Shown here: positions 22,933 to 32,645 of the stretch, piece by piece | Position numbering within the stretch: position 1 is the first letter of the stretch | Layout: each line of letters begins with the position of its first letter | DNA from: Rozella allomycis CSF55 | Taxonomy: Eukaryota | NCBI GenBank assembly: GCA_000442015.1 | Contig: KE561199.1 | Coordinates: 1-32,645 of the forward strand | Length of the DNA: 32,645 nucleotides | Reading direction: 5' to 3' | Translations under genes and position numbers: made by a program | Notes under the pieces: generated by a model | Told to the model about the DNA's origin: nothing | Databases searched by the model: none | The model's input: only the letters and a program-made list of their open reading frames with translations

Positions 22933-24457
22933 ATGAGCAACAAGCGAGCCTCTGAGATTGATGACTTTAAAATCAACGCCAAAAAACCTAAAGTAATATT
23001 AAAAAGTAGGAAAAAGTAGGCAAGCGAAGATTCTACTCCTTTGCTACCGATAGACGAAGTAAAAAAGATTTTCAAATTAAGATAGATAAAAAGACAACTC
23101 GAAGATAAAAAGAAATTGTTAGAATCCAAATTGAAGAATGTTAATAGTACAAACAGAGGTCCTGTTATTAATATGCCAAGGGCAAATGTTTCGTCCATTA
23201 AGGTAAAACATGCTCGTTTGCGTGAAAGGCAAATGTAAGGGGAGCAAAAAGAGAACTGAAAATTGAGAAGCCAGTTGTAGATTTTCACAACCCATACTTT
23301 GATCCTACCATTAAGACATTTCACAGTAGAGGCCATAGAAAGTTAAAATTTTCCAAACAGGGGAAATACGTTCAACAAGCTGATCAAGTTAGAACCAAAC
23401 TGAAATTAGCAGAATTACAGAAGAAGATCAATGATAAAGCCAAGGACATTGGCCTCGAAAAACAAATATCGATTTCCGATGAGGTTTTCATTGTAGAAAC
23501 TGTTCCACAAGCTGAATGGTGGGATCTTCAATTTTTACCATCGCATTCTTATGATGATTTAGACTCCAGCAATATTAGTTATGAATTAGTGGGGAATCTA
23601 GTGCATCATCCAGTGCAAGTGAAAGTTCACAATGAAGACACGTCTGTAAAACCTGTCTTCTTAACGAAAGAAGTATTCATATTGATGTTCAAATAAGTAG
23701 GAAAGAAAAAAGTTGCGTAGACAACGTCGTGCAGAAATTCATGAAGAAAAGCAAGAAAAGATTAGACTCGGCTTATTACCACCAGAGCAATCAAAACTAA
23801 AGCTATCAAATATGATGCAAGTTTTGACTAAAGAAGCTGTTCAAGATCCTACTAAAGTCGAGGCGATGGTTAGAGCTCAAATGGAGCAACGTAAATCAAA
23901 ACATGAGCAGCAAAACGCTCAAAGAAAGTTAACTGACGAACAAAGAAGAGAAAAAACTTTACAAAAACTTCAGAAAGATTCTGATAAACAAGTTTTAATG
24001 GCTGTTTTCAAGTATGCATTTTCTTTTAATCTGCAATCATAGAATAAAAGATTTGTCTCACCCTCAGTGGAAATACAAAATTGACATAAATGCCCAGCAA
24101 TTAATGATTACAGTAAAAAATCTACTGAATAAAAACTAGGGTTGTTGTTTAATCCACCCACAGGACAGTGTCCTAATCGTGGAAGCTGGGCCGAAGTCTA
24201 TGCGTCAATACAAGAAACTTCTACTTCAACGAATCAAATGGGATGAATGGCCTGCAACAAGAAATCCTGCAATTCAACCAAGGCTTGAAAATCCGAAAGA
24301 AAATTCTTGTCTTTTAGTGTGGGAGGGCATTTCAAACGAGAGGGTCTTCAAATACTTCACTACCAAGCAAGTACCAACTGAAGAGGATGCTCGAAATTAC
24401 CTGAAAGCATTCGACGTTGTTCATTTATATGAGCATGCCAAAATTAATACTAAATAA
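22933..24457 (+). CDS. PRP3: U4/U6 snRNP splicing factor Prp3
   Basis: NPYFDP, QGKY, EWWD, LTKEERKKLRRQRR..QEKIRLGL.PP..KLKLSNMM.VL..EAVQDPTKVE and LLLQRIKW motifs; six introns of 26-31 nt. Confidence 0.95.
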
Positions 24458-24521
24458 AACTTTATGCTCATTTAAACCTTAACTTTAATTAAATAGTTTG
24501 TTTACATTTCAATTCTCAGCC

Positions 24522-27500
24522 ATGAGTGACATTGATAAACTAGACTATTATTATCATTGCATAAATGATATTATTTTGAAACGACAAAATGCATGTACTG
24601 GATTGATTCCAGCATCTACCGCAGTTAATAATCATGGTGACTACAGAGACGCTTGGGTGAGGGATAATGTCTATTCAATACTCGGTAAAATACATTATAC
24701 GTTAAGACTTTAGCTGTATTCGGCCTTGCAATAGCCTACAAAAGATTAGATGATGATAGTGGTCGGGCATTCCAGTTAGAACATAGCGTGGTTAAAACTA
24801 TGAGAGGATTATTATTTGCCATGATGAGGCAATCGAATAAGGTGGAATTATTTAAGAACACTCAATCCCCCGCAAACTCACTTCATGCAAAATATAGCAC
24901 AAGCTCAGGTGATACTGTTGTCGGGTAATGTTTCCGCCGTATAATAATAGGGATCATGCATGGGGTCATTTACAGTTGGACGCAACTTCTATTTACATTC
25001 TTACTCTCGCACAGGTAACTTAAGAATCAAATTAAGCCTTAGATGACAGCGGCGGGTTTTCAAATAATATTTACTTTGGATGAAGTGGATTTTATTCAAA
25101 ACTTGGTTTATTACATTGAAAGAACATATAGAACACCTGATTATGGAATATGGGAAAGGGGAAATAAGATGAATCATGGTTTACCCGAGCTGAATTCTTC
25201 GTCCATAGGAATGGCTGTTGCAGCGCTACAAGCAATAAACGGTATTAATCTTTTCGGTGCTGATGGTGGTCCCAATTCGGTTGTTCATTCCCTTCCTGAT
25301 GAAATCGCTCGCAATTATACTACCTTAATAAGCTGCTTGCCAAGGGAGTCGCATTCCAAGGAAATTGATGCGTAACATAAAATATAATCAATGTTAGAGC
25401 ACTTTTGTCGGTAATCGGATACCCCGCTTTTGCCGTTGACAATCCTGACTATCAAAGAATAACAAGAGAAGAGATCGAGAAGAAATTGCTTGGCCGATAT
25501 GGATGCAGAAGATTCTTACGAGATGGGCATCAAACAGTACTTGAAGATAAGACAAGACTTCATTATGACCCACATGAACTGAAAATATTTGAATCCATTG
25601 AATGCGAATGGCCATTATTTTTCACATACCTAATACTTGACGCGATATTTCTTGGTCGAAAATCAGATGTAGAAAAATACAGTCAAATGCTGGATAAAGT
25701 ATTGGTTGTCGATAAAGAAAGTGGCAGAAAGTTGGTTCCTGAACTTTACATCGTTTCATCTGATGATGTTGAAGCTGAAAAACGAGAGCCTCACAGTCAA
25801 AATAGGCACCCAAATGAAAATGTACCACTTGTCTGGGCACAGTCACTGTACTATATTGGTGAATTGCTAAAAAATAACTTAGTGGATATCAGTGAATTAG
25901 ATCCTCTTGGGAGATACAAATTAATTAATAGACAGAAAAATGATGTATTAATCCAAATAGTGCTGATCAGTGAAAATGAAAGCCTTCAAGCCAAGCTTGC
26001 TACATATGGTGTTGAAACCCAAACTTTAAAGGATACAAACCCGTTTCACGTGGCACATCCATCTGTTTTGCGAGATTCTTACACCGCTCTTGGATACAAC
26101 GAAAAGCTTGGATTAACAGGAAGGCCGAATAGACCTATAGGGAGTTTGGGAACTTGTAAAGTTTATCGTTTTAGAGGGAAATTATACTTTTTCACTCCTC
26201 ATTTTATGGATATGGAGGAATTTTACTTGACTATGGACAATAACTATCTTGTTTCAGTATTTGAGCACGAACTACAGTTTATAAGAAAAAATTGGAAGAG
26301 TCCTGGGAGACCCACGGTAAACAATTCGGTAATAAAGTAATGAAGATGGTTATTCTTTTGAAGACTCATATGATTGCATCCTCTAACAGAAATAAGAATG
26401 ATTTATTAAACTTTATGGTATTTTCTATCGCAATTTAAAAGTAGACAACGCTAAGAACTGGAAAATGCAATGACGTACGCGTCCGACTTGGAGCTCTTCA
26501 TGAAATGATCAATACCGCATGTATTGAAAGCTTAGATTTTCTTCAAGAAAAGATGTCCGCAAATCAAATAGACAAATTGTTTAAACCCTTTAAAATAGAT
26601 GATGTAAATAAAAGAGGTTTCCTACTTAACCATGATTATGGAAAAATAAAGAAGAGAACAGTGTGCTTGCCAAAAAGTCCAAATGGAAAAAAGATTGAAT
26701 TGGAAGAAAATAATACGAATTGCTTTGAATTGTCTGCCCCTTCTTTCAAATTAAAGGATCACAATTTTGAAGCACCAAGAAGGACAATGTCGCCTGGTAT
26801 CAGTAAAAAGCGTCGAGACACATTGAAGAGCAGTGATAGTAGATCTTGTCTTGTACAACTGTCAATTAATACTGATGAAATCTTGAAGCCATTCATTTTA
26901 AAGGACGAATCGAGACTAGGAGAAGCTCTAGAAGTGTTAAAAGAGACTGAAGATATATATGAGCAAATGGACTTGCTTTACTATATTCATTCATGCAAGG
27001 GCATAGATTTTGAATGTGAATGCGGTAACGTGGGAGTTTTGTTGGAAGAAATATACTTTAAAGCGTCTTCACTAAATCTGTGGTCTATTGTGAGGCATGC
27101 TGCCAGCCTATTAGAAAAAGTTGTAAATTCATTGTCAATTAATCTTACTGACTTACTAATTCAACACAAGCACGTCAGCATCGGATACGGACCAGAGGAG
27201 AAATTTGTTTCTGAACCGATACCCCCTGCATTAATAAAAAAATTAATCTATTCTTCAGTTCATGACGATATAAGAGAAGCAACCTTGATTCAAGAAATAT
27301 TAACACATTTGGGCTCTTTCATTCGGGCAGAGCCCAAGTTGTTTGAGGGTATTCTTCGCGTACGCACAAAGTATATTGTTCTGGCTTTACGTGATGATAT
27401 CATGAGACAAAAGAATTTAGATGAGATTGAAGCCTCTGAAACTTTAATGGCAATGAGCCCATCGGATATAAAGACATCTTTAGGTAGGCTACTTTCACTG

Positions 27501-28619
27501 AAACAAGAAACAATAGAGTCATCAAAGGAAATATGTAACATTATAAAATTTGAGGATGAATGGTTTGGTGATGTTAAAGATGTACTCCATCTTGCAGTTC
27601 AATCAGGCGGTTTTGAGGATGGGAACTTTTCAAGATTTTCGATCAATAAAGAAATTAAAGAGGCTAGTGAAAGAGGGATGATATTATTCTTTATTGATCC
27701 GTATGACGGCTCTGTTAATCATAGGGCTGCATTTGATACACATATAAACGATGATGAATCTAGTGAAATGATTAAAGCCATTCAAATCGCCAATGATGAA
27801 GAATTTATATTAATTAGTGTTAGGGACGATGCAAGCGGAAAACTTGGTGAGAAAGCAAAAGATCTTTTGAGCACTTTGGGATCAAAACATATTCGCCAAC
27901 TTGGCTACAGAGATTCTTGGTGTATGATAACTAGAAAAAGCAACAAGAATGATTTTTTTGTTGAAGCTTACAATAAGAGAGGAGAGGGGCCTACCGATAT
28001 AATCAGTCTTGCTATTCCACTTAAGAGATCCATAACAGCGATAGCGTTTGGACCAAGCAAAGGTCGATGGTTTCAAAAGCGAAAAGTTGAGGGAGCACTC
28101 AATAAAGTTCCAATCAAATTCTATCCAAAAGTTTGGAGCATCTTAGAGAATTGTGGAGGCATAACCCTTTCTAATAAAACCCTGCCGCGTGATCCAACAG
28201 TATCAGAGAAGACACCAGAAGAATACAATTTTGCGTTGCAAGTGGAATCATTTCTTGATGGGTACTTTGACCCAGCTGAAAGGCAGTTGGCCGTTGAAGC
28301 TCTTATGATAATTTCAAGAATACAGGAAAGAAATCCAGAAATTGTTATGCGTGAAAATATTATAGATATTGATAAAATGATAAAAGAGGGAATTAAGCTT
28401 TTGTGGACTGTTTTGAAACAAAGTAATTCGTTCATGAAAATTATGCCCACATTGAATAATTTTCCAGAATCAAGTGAATATCCCGAAGCTTTGATAAAAA
28501 GAATTTTCTATGATCTCCCACAGCAAGGAACAGAAAGCACGACGTCATTCCTTACGCAAAGTATTCTACAAACAATGCCTTATCGCATAGACTCCACTCC
28601 CGGATGTTCAACACAATAA
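24522..28619 (+). CDS. Phosphorylase kinase alpha/beta-like regulatory subunit (GH15-like) with ILEI-like insert and CaaX box
   Basis: [44 protein letters not shown] and PLVWAQSL motifs; six introns (24685-24713, 24925-24950, 25015-25042, 25372-25397, 26317-26345, 26418-26444); ends CSTQ*. Confidence 0.92.
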
Positions 28620-28634
28620 AAAAGTTAAACTGAT

Positions 28635-30114
28635 TTATTTCCATTCATAATCTTTTGAATATATAAAGCCATATTTTGATATAAACTCATTAATTCCATG
28701 GGGACCTCTGCTGCCAAATTCATATGGTACTGGCTTTATATTTTCATTTTCGATTTTGTTCAAAAGGGGTGTAAAAATTCTCCATGCCTCCAATAGCTCA
28801 TCGTCCCTTACGAAATTCGAAGAATCATTTTGTAATACATCCAAAAGTAGGGATTCATAAGCATCTGGTATTCTTATGTCTTTGAATCGATTAGAGTATG
28901 ACAAGTCAAGTTCGCTTATAACGCAATCAGTGGCTAGACCAGGTTTCTTGACCATTAACTTTAAGTAAACGGCTTCATTAGGTTGGACTCGCAAGACCAA
29001 CTCGTTACGACTAACGTCTTTAAACACATTTCCAGGGACATCCTTAAATTGGATTCGGACTTCTGCTTTTTGTTCATTTAGCGCTTGTTAACTTTGAGAT
29101 ATATTTTTACCTTTTCCGCATTTTAGAATAAATGGAACACCTTTCCATCGGTCGTTTTGAATGAACAAAACAGCAGCTGCGTATGTAGGGGTAACCGAAC
29201 CATTTGGCACTGTCTTATCATCCAAATAACCCGGTTCTTTTCCATTTGTAGTGTACTGGCCAAGTATAACATTTTCAAACTTTATTGGTTCGATGCATTT
29301 TAAAACACTGACCTAGTTTGATGTTTAAATTTCTTTTACCTTTTCATTTCGAATATCTTGAGAATTTAAACTTTGAGGTTTTTCCATTGCAACAATAGAT
29401 AAAATTTGCATCAAATGATTTTGCATGACATCTCGAATGATTCCAAAGTCATTGAAATATCCACCTCTTCCAGCAGTGCCAATTCTTTCTTTGAAAGTAA
29501 TTTGGACATTATCAATATAATTTCTATTCCAGCATGCTCCGAACATTACATTCGCAAATCTAAGACATAGTAGATTTTTTACCATTTCTTTTCCTAGATA
29601 GTGATCAATGCGAAACATCTTTAATATTTAGAGAATTAAAAATGATTACCTGTTTCTCTTCGAAAACAAGTGCCAGTTGATTAAGAAGAGTTTTTGCAGA
29701 TTCGTAATCGCGACCAAATGGTTTTTCCAAGATGACTCTAGACTGGTTGGTAAAGCAGAAAGATTTAAGTCGAACTCCTACATCTAAGAAAATAGAAGGA
29801 GGCAATGCAAAATAGAATATGCGATCCTGAAATAAAAGTTTGGAGTTTAGAAGAGAAAAAGAATCATCTTGATCGTACTGACCGGAAATGTATGTGCATA
29901 TGCCAAGAAATTCAAGAATGGATGAATCATCTTCAGATTTTAGAAATTGTTTGATGTGAGAATGAAAGTCGACCAAGGTCATGAAAGTTCTAGCGAAACC
30001 AATTATTTGAGAGTTTTTGGGGATGTAACCGAATTTGAATAATTGAAAAAGGGCAGGGAATGTTTTCTTTTTAGCCAAATCCCCAGAGGCACCAAAGACG
30101 ACAATCGAAACCAT
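28635..30114 (-). CDS. ZWF1: Glucose-6-phosphate dehydrogenase
   Basis: [26 protein letters not shown] and IIRDVMQNH motifs; introns 29649-29619, 29339-29313 and 29110-29084. An in-frame ATG also exists at 30204. Confidence 0.97.
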
Positions 30115-30303
30115 GTGGCTTTGACGAAAGATTAAATGTTGGGGGGAAAAGCCAAGAAATAGATGAGAACAAAACATATAATGACTAATTGTGAATTGAG
30201 ACATACATATTTTAAAATAAAGTAATAATCTTATAAATTCATAAATTCATAACATATATTAATTCATAGTTTTAAATTTTGTTGTGCGACTTTATTTAAT
30301 TAT

Positions 30304-32031
30304 CTAAGCCTGATTCTGAGCAGCAGCCAACTGAGCGAGATGTTCTCTAATGGCAGGGGCGATTTCAGAAATTTTCAGGTTCAATGCTTCAGGGGATTCC
30401 AAAAGATGCAAAAGTTCGGCAATATCCATTTCTAAAAGAATGCCAGTGATTTTTGGAGCCAATTCTGGTTCTTTAGCATGGATGAGAGGAAACAAACGAT
30501 CACCAAGACGTTTCTTTTGTTCAGCAGGTGGCGCAGCGGCCAAATTAGCCAGGGTTAAATCATTTGAATTTTCTTGACGATTGATGTTTCTAACATTAGA
30601 AGTGAATTTCATTTGACGTTTTTGTTGAGGATTGTTTGACTTTTGTTGTTGAGGATTAGAAGAGCGATTTGACGGTTTCACGTATTGCTTTGGTTGTTGC
30701 TGAGGACGTTGCTGTTGAAGTCTAGAGCGGTTCATCATTTGAGGAGGAAAGACAAAGCCAGCTGGCTGCATGCCACCAGCGAAATACATGTTTGGAGGAT
30801 ACACAGGCATGCCTGGTTGAATTTGAATTCCACGTTGATTGAATTGGGCTTGCAGTTGCATTCTTCTTTCCTCTTTGCGTTGCGCTTGAGCTACATAAAT
30901 AGGCTTTGAGCCAATGATTCTTCCGTGCATTTCAGTGACAGCTTTTGACGCTTCATCGGGGGAAGAGAAACAAACAAAGCCAAACCCTTTAGAGTTTCCC
31001 TTTTCATCAACCATCACTTTAACGCTCGTGATTTGCCCAAAGACAGAAAATTCTTGACTTAACTTTTCATCATCAATTGAATCATCCAAATTCTTCACGT
31101 AGAGATTAACGCCTTGAGTTTTATTGATTCTTTCCATCTTCATTTCTTCATAAACTTTTCTTAATTCATATTCTCTTTCAGATTTCTTTTGAGCTCTTCC
31201 AACATAAATTCTCTTGCCTTCAATTTCCTTGTCATTCAAACTTTCAACTGCCATTTGAGCTTGCTCATGATTCTCAAAATTCACAAATCCAAATCCTTTG
31301 CTTTTTCCATTCTCATCCCTGGCCAAATATGCAGATGTCACATTTCCAAACTCGCTAAACATTTCAACAAACTTTTCATCACTTTCAATGCTCTCTGGTA
31401 AATTCTTTACATAAATATTAGTAAAGATTGCCTTCATCTTATCAATCTTAGACATTCTTTCCTTGCGTGGAACATGCTTTCCAACAAACACCTTCTTTCC
31501 ATTCAACAACATCCCATTCACTTTAGCAATCGCAGCATCAGCAGCCTCGGGACTCTCAAAGTGAACAAAGCCATACCCCTTAGATCCTTGATCATCACTC
31601 ACAACCTTGCACGACAATATCTCTCCAAACACTGAAAATGTATCATGCAATGATTTCGTATCAATCTCACTATCCAAATTCTTAATAAAAATATTTCCCG
31701 CTCCAGTTCTTCTCATACTTGGATCTCTTTGACTCCACATCACTCTACATGGCTTGCCTTTAATCTCAGTATAATTCAATGTTTCCAATGCTCTTTCGGC
31801 ATCCCCATGATTATGGAAATTCACATACGCATAGCCAAGTGATCTTCTCGTTATAGCATCTCTACATATACGAATAGAAGCTACCCCTCCAGCAGTTGCA
31901 AATAACTCATATAACATAGATTCAGTAACATCAGTCGATAACTCTCCAACATACAAAGATGATGGTCCACTAACTCCTACTCCACTAGTGCCAGATACAG
32001 CCGCTACAGAACTTGCCAAAGGTGAAGTCAT
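30304..32031 (-). CDS. PAB1: Cytoplasmic poly(A)-binding protein (4 RRM plus MLLE)
   Basis: SLYVGEL, RRSLGYAYVNF, three GF/GYGFV RNP1 motifs and KITGILLEMD MLLE-like motif. Intronless; first ATG at 32031. Confidence 0.98.
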   Translation of the reverse strand: MTSPLASSVAAVSGTSGVGVSGPSSLYVGELSTDVTESMLYELFATAGGVASIRICRDAITRRSLGYAYVNFHNHGDAERALETLNYTEIKGKPCRVMWSQRDPSMRRTGAGNIFIKNLDSEIDTKSLHDTFSVFGEILSCKVVSDDQGSKGYGFVHFESPEAADAAIAKVNGMLLNGKKVFVGKHVPRKERMSKIDKMKAIFTNIYVKNLPESIESDEKFVEMFSEFGNVTSAYLARDENGKSKGFGFVNFENHEQAQMAVESLNDKEIEGKRIYVGRAQKKSEREYELRKVYEEMKMERINKTQGVNLYVKNLDDSIDDEKLSQEFSVFGQITSVKVMVDEKGNSKGFGFVCFSSPDEASKAVTEMHGRIIGSKPIYVAQAQRKEERRMQLQAQFNQRGIQIQPGMPVYPPNMYFAGGMQPAGFVFPPQMMNRSRLQQQRPQQQPKQYVKPSNRSSNPQQQKSNNPQQKRQMKFTSNVRNINRQENSNDLTLANLAAAPPAEQKKRLGDRLFPLIHAKEPELAPKITGILLEMDIAELLHLLESPEALNLKISEIAPAIREHLAQLAAAQNQA

Positions 32032-32361
32032 TATTATCCTACCAGGGTTCAATCCGAAAAAAAACGCGGCTTAGCAAATATCTTCCAAAAATAATACAAA
32101 TCCTTTTTTATTCTTATTAATCTACGTTTATCATTTCTTGTTCTTTCTTTTTCCCCTCGTTTTCAAATTTTCATTTTCAAAATTTTCTATTTTTGGGTCA
32201 GATTGAAAACTAACAAATTTTTAAACGTCTCTCAGGAGAAAAGATAGCCTTTTCATAAAGTTTTCGTCATTATATCATCACTCCCGATATAGAAATTTTA
32301 CAGGGGTTATCTCACATGAATAAACTTTAACGTTGTTTCAATATATATCCATTATCAAAAT

Positions 32362-32594
32362 TTATTTTAGTAGTGCTTCTAGATCATCAACAAGTTTATC
32401 AGTCGATATCTTGGTTTGTTGCTTCTTCTTTTTCATCCTTTGTTTCATACTTGAATCCTAATCTTTTTTCTTTAACATCTATACCTTGACAAATATTGAA
32501 TTCACATTGTCGATATCATTCAATAAATCTTCTTTCACTTTGCGAAGCCGCTTTTTTCTGACTTTCATTTTTTCAGCCACCGTATAAAAATTCA
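32362..32594 (-). CDS. 3' end of an unidentified Lys-rich gene entering from the right edge
   Basis: NFYTVAEKMKVRKKRLRKVKEDLL..FVK, a 27-nt GT-AG intron (32484-32458), then DSSMKQRMKKKKQQ..LEALLK* with the stop inside AATAAA. Confidence 0.6.
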
Positions 32595-32645
32595 CTAGTA
32601 TAACGAATTTATTGAAATTGTTGGGATTTATACATGATATAAACG

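Noticed and set aside
22905-23336. 143-aa minus-strand hydrophobic ORF and other antisense ORFs (e.g. 9273-9701, 28121-28450)
   Set aside because: They are shadows of A-rich coding strands of PRP3, SPA2 and PhK with no recognisable motifs.
2200-30114. Alternative genetic code or mass pseudogenisation suggested by fragmented ORFs
   Set aside because: Outside the degenerate MGM1 copy, nearly every break is resolved by a 26-32 nt GT-AG intron restoring conserved motifs, and TAA, TAG and TGA all end genes.
24522-30114. PhK plus G6PD as a carbohydrate-metabolism cluster
   Set aside because: The genes are convergent with no shared promoter, and neighbours are unrelated; synteny evidence would be needed.
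30620-30720. SNPQQQK-type short repeats in PAB1
   Set aside because: Ordinary Q/P-rich PABP linker.
1-32645. CRISPR arrays, rRNA, tRNA or prokaryotic systems
   Set aside because: No regularly spaced repeats or recognisable structural RNA were seen, and the content is eukaryotic throughout.

Overview
This is AT-rich, gene-dense eukaryotic nuclear DNA with about 19 single-copy protein genes plus five full or partial copies of an unrecognised secreted or surface protein family. About 65 GT-AG introns traced by hand are all 26-32 nt, so the ORF track shows only gene fragments. Order: surface-family array, MGM1 (interrupted by assembly joins, a degenerate MGM1 copy and a zf-RVT retroelement fragment), an inverted family copy, RMD1/RMD8-like, SPA2/GIT-like, PIH1D2-like, DOHH, an orphan type I membrane protein, AIP1, PRE1, YUH1, UXS1, CFAP210-like, an Mn-motif SAXO-like gene, a 2W-hairpin-like/C2H2 gene, PRP3, a phosphorylase kinase alpha/beta subunit with an ILEI-like insert, G6PD, PAB1 and the 3' end of one more gene. 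Fungal-type genes together with axonemal genes, tiny introns and 8-65 bp spacers suggest a flagellated early-diverging fungus or relative such as Rozella; this is inference, not a search result. The most interesting signals are a length-ruler rule for 3' splice sites with one candidate GT-TG intron, stop codons fused with AATAAA, the ILEI insert in the PhK subunit, a minimal YY1/Ies4/BCL7-like protein whose ATG lies 20 bp from the PRP3 ATG, and the expanded surface family. Positions 1-6.8 kb contain several N joins and should be read with caution. No rRNA, tRNA or CRISPR array was recognised.
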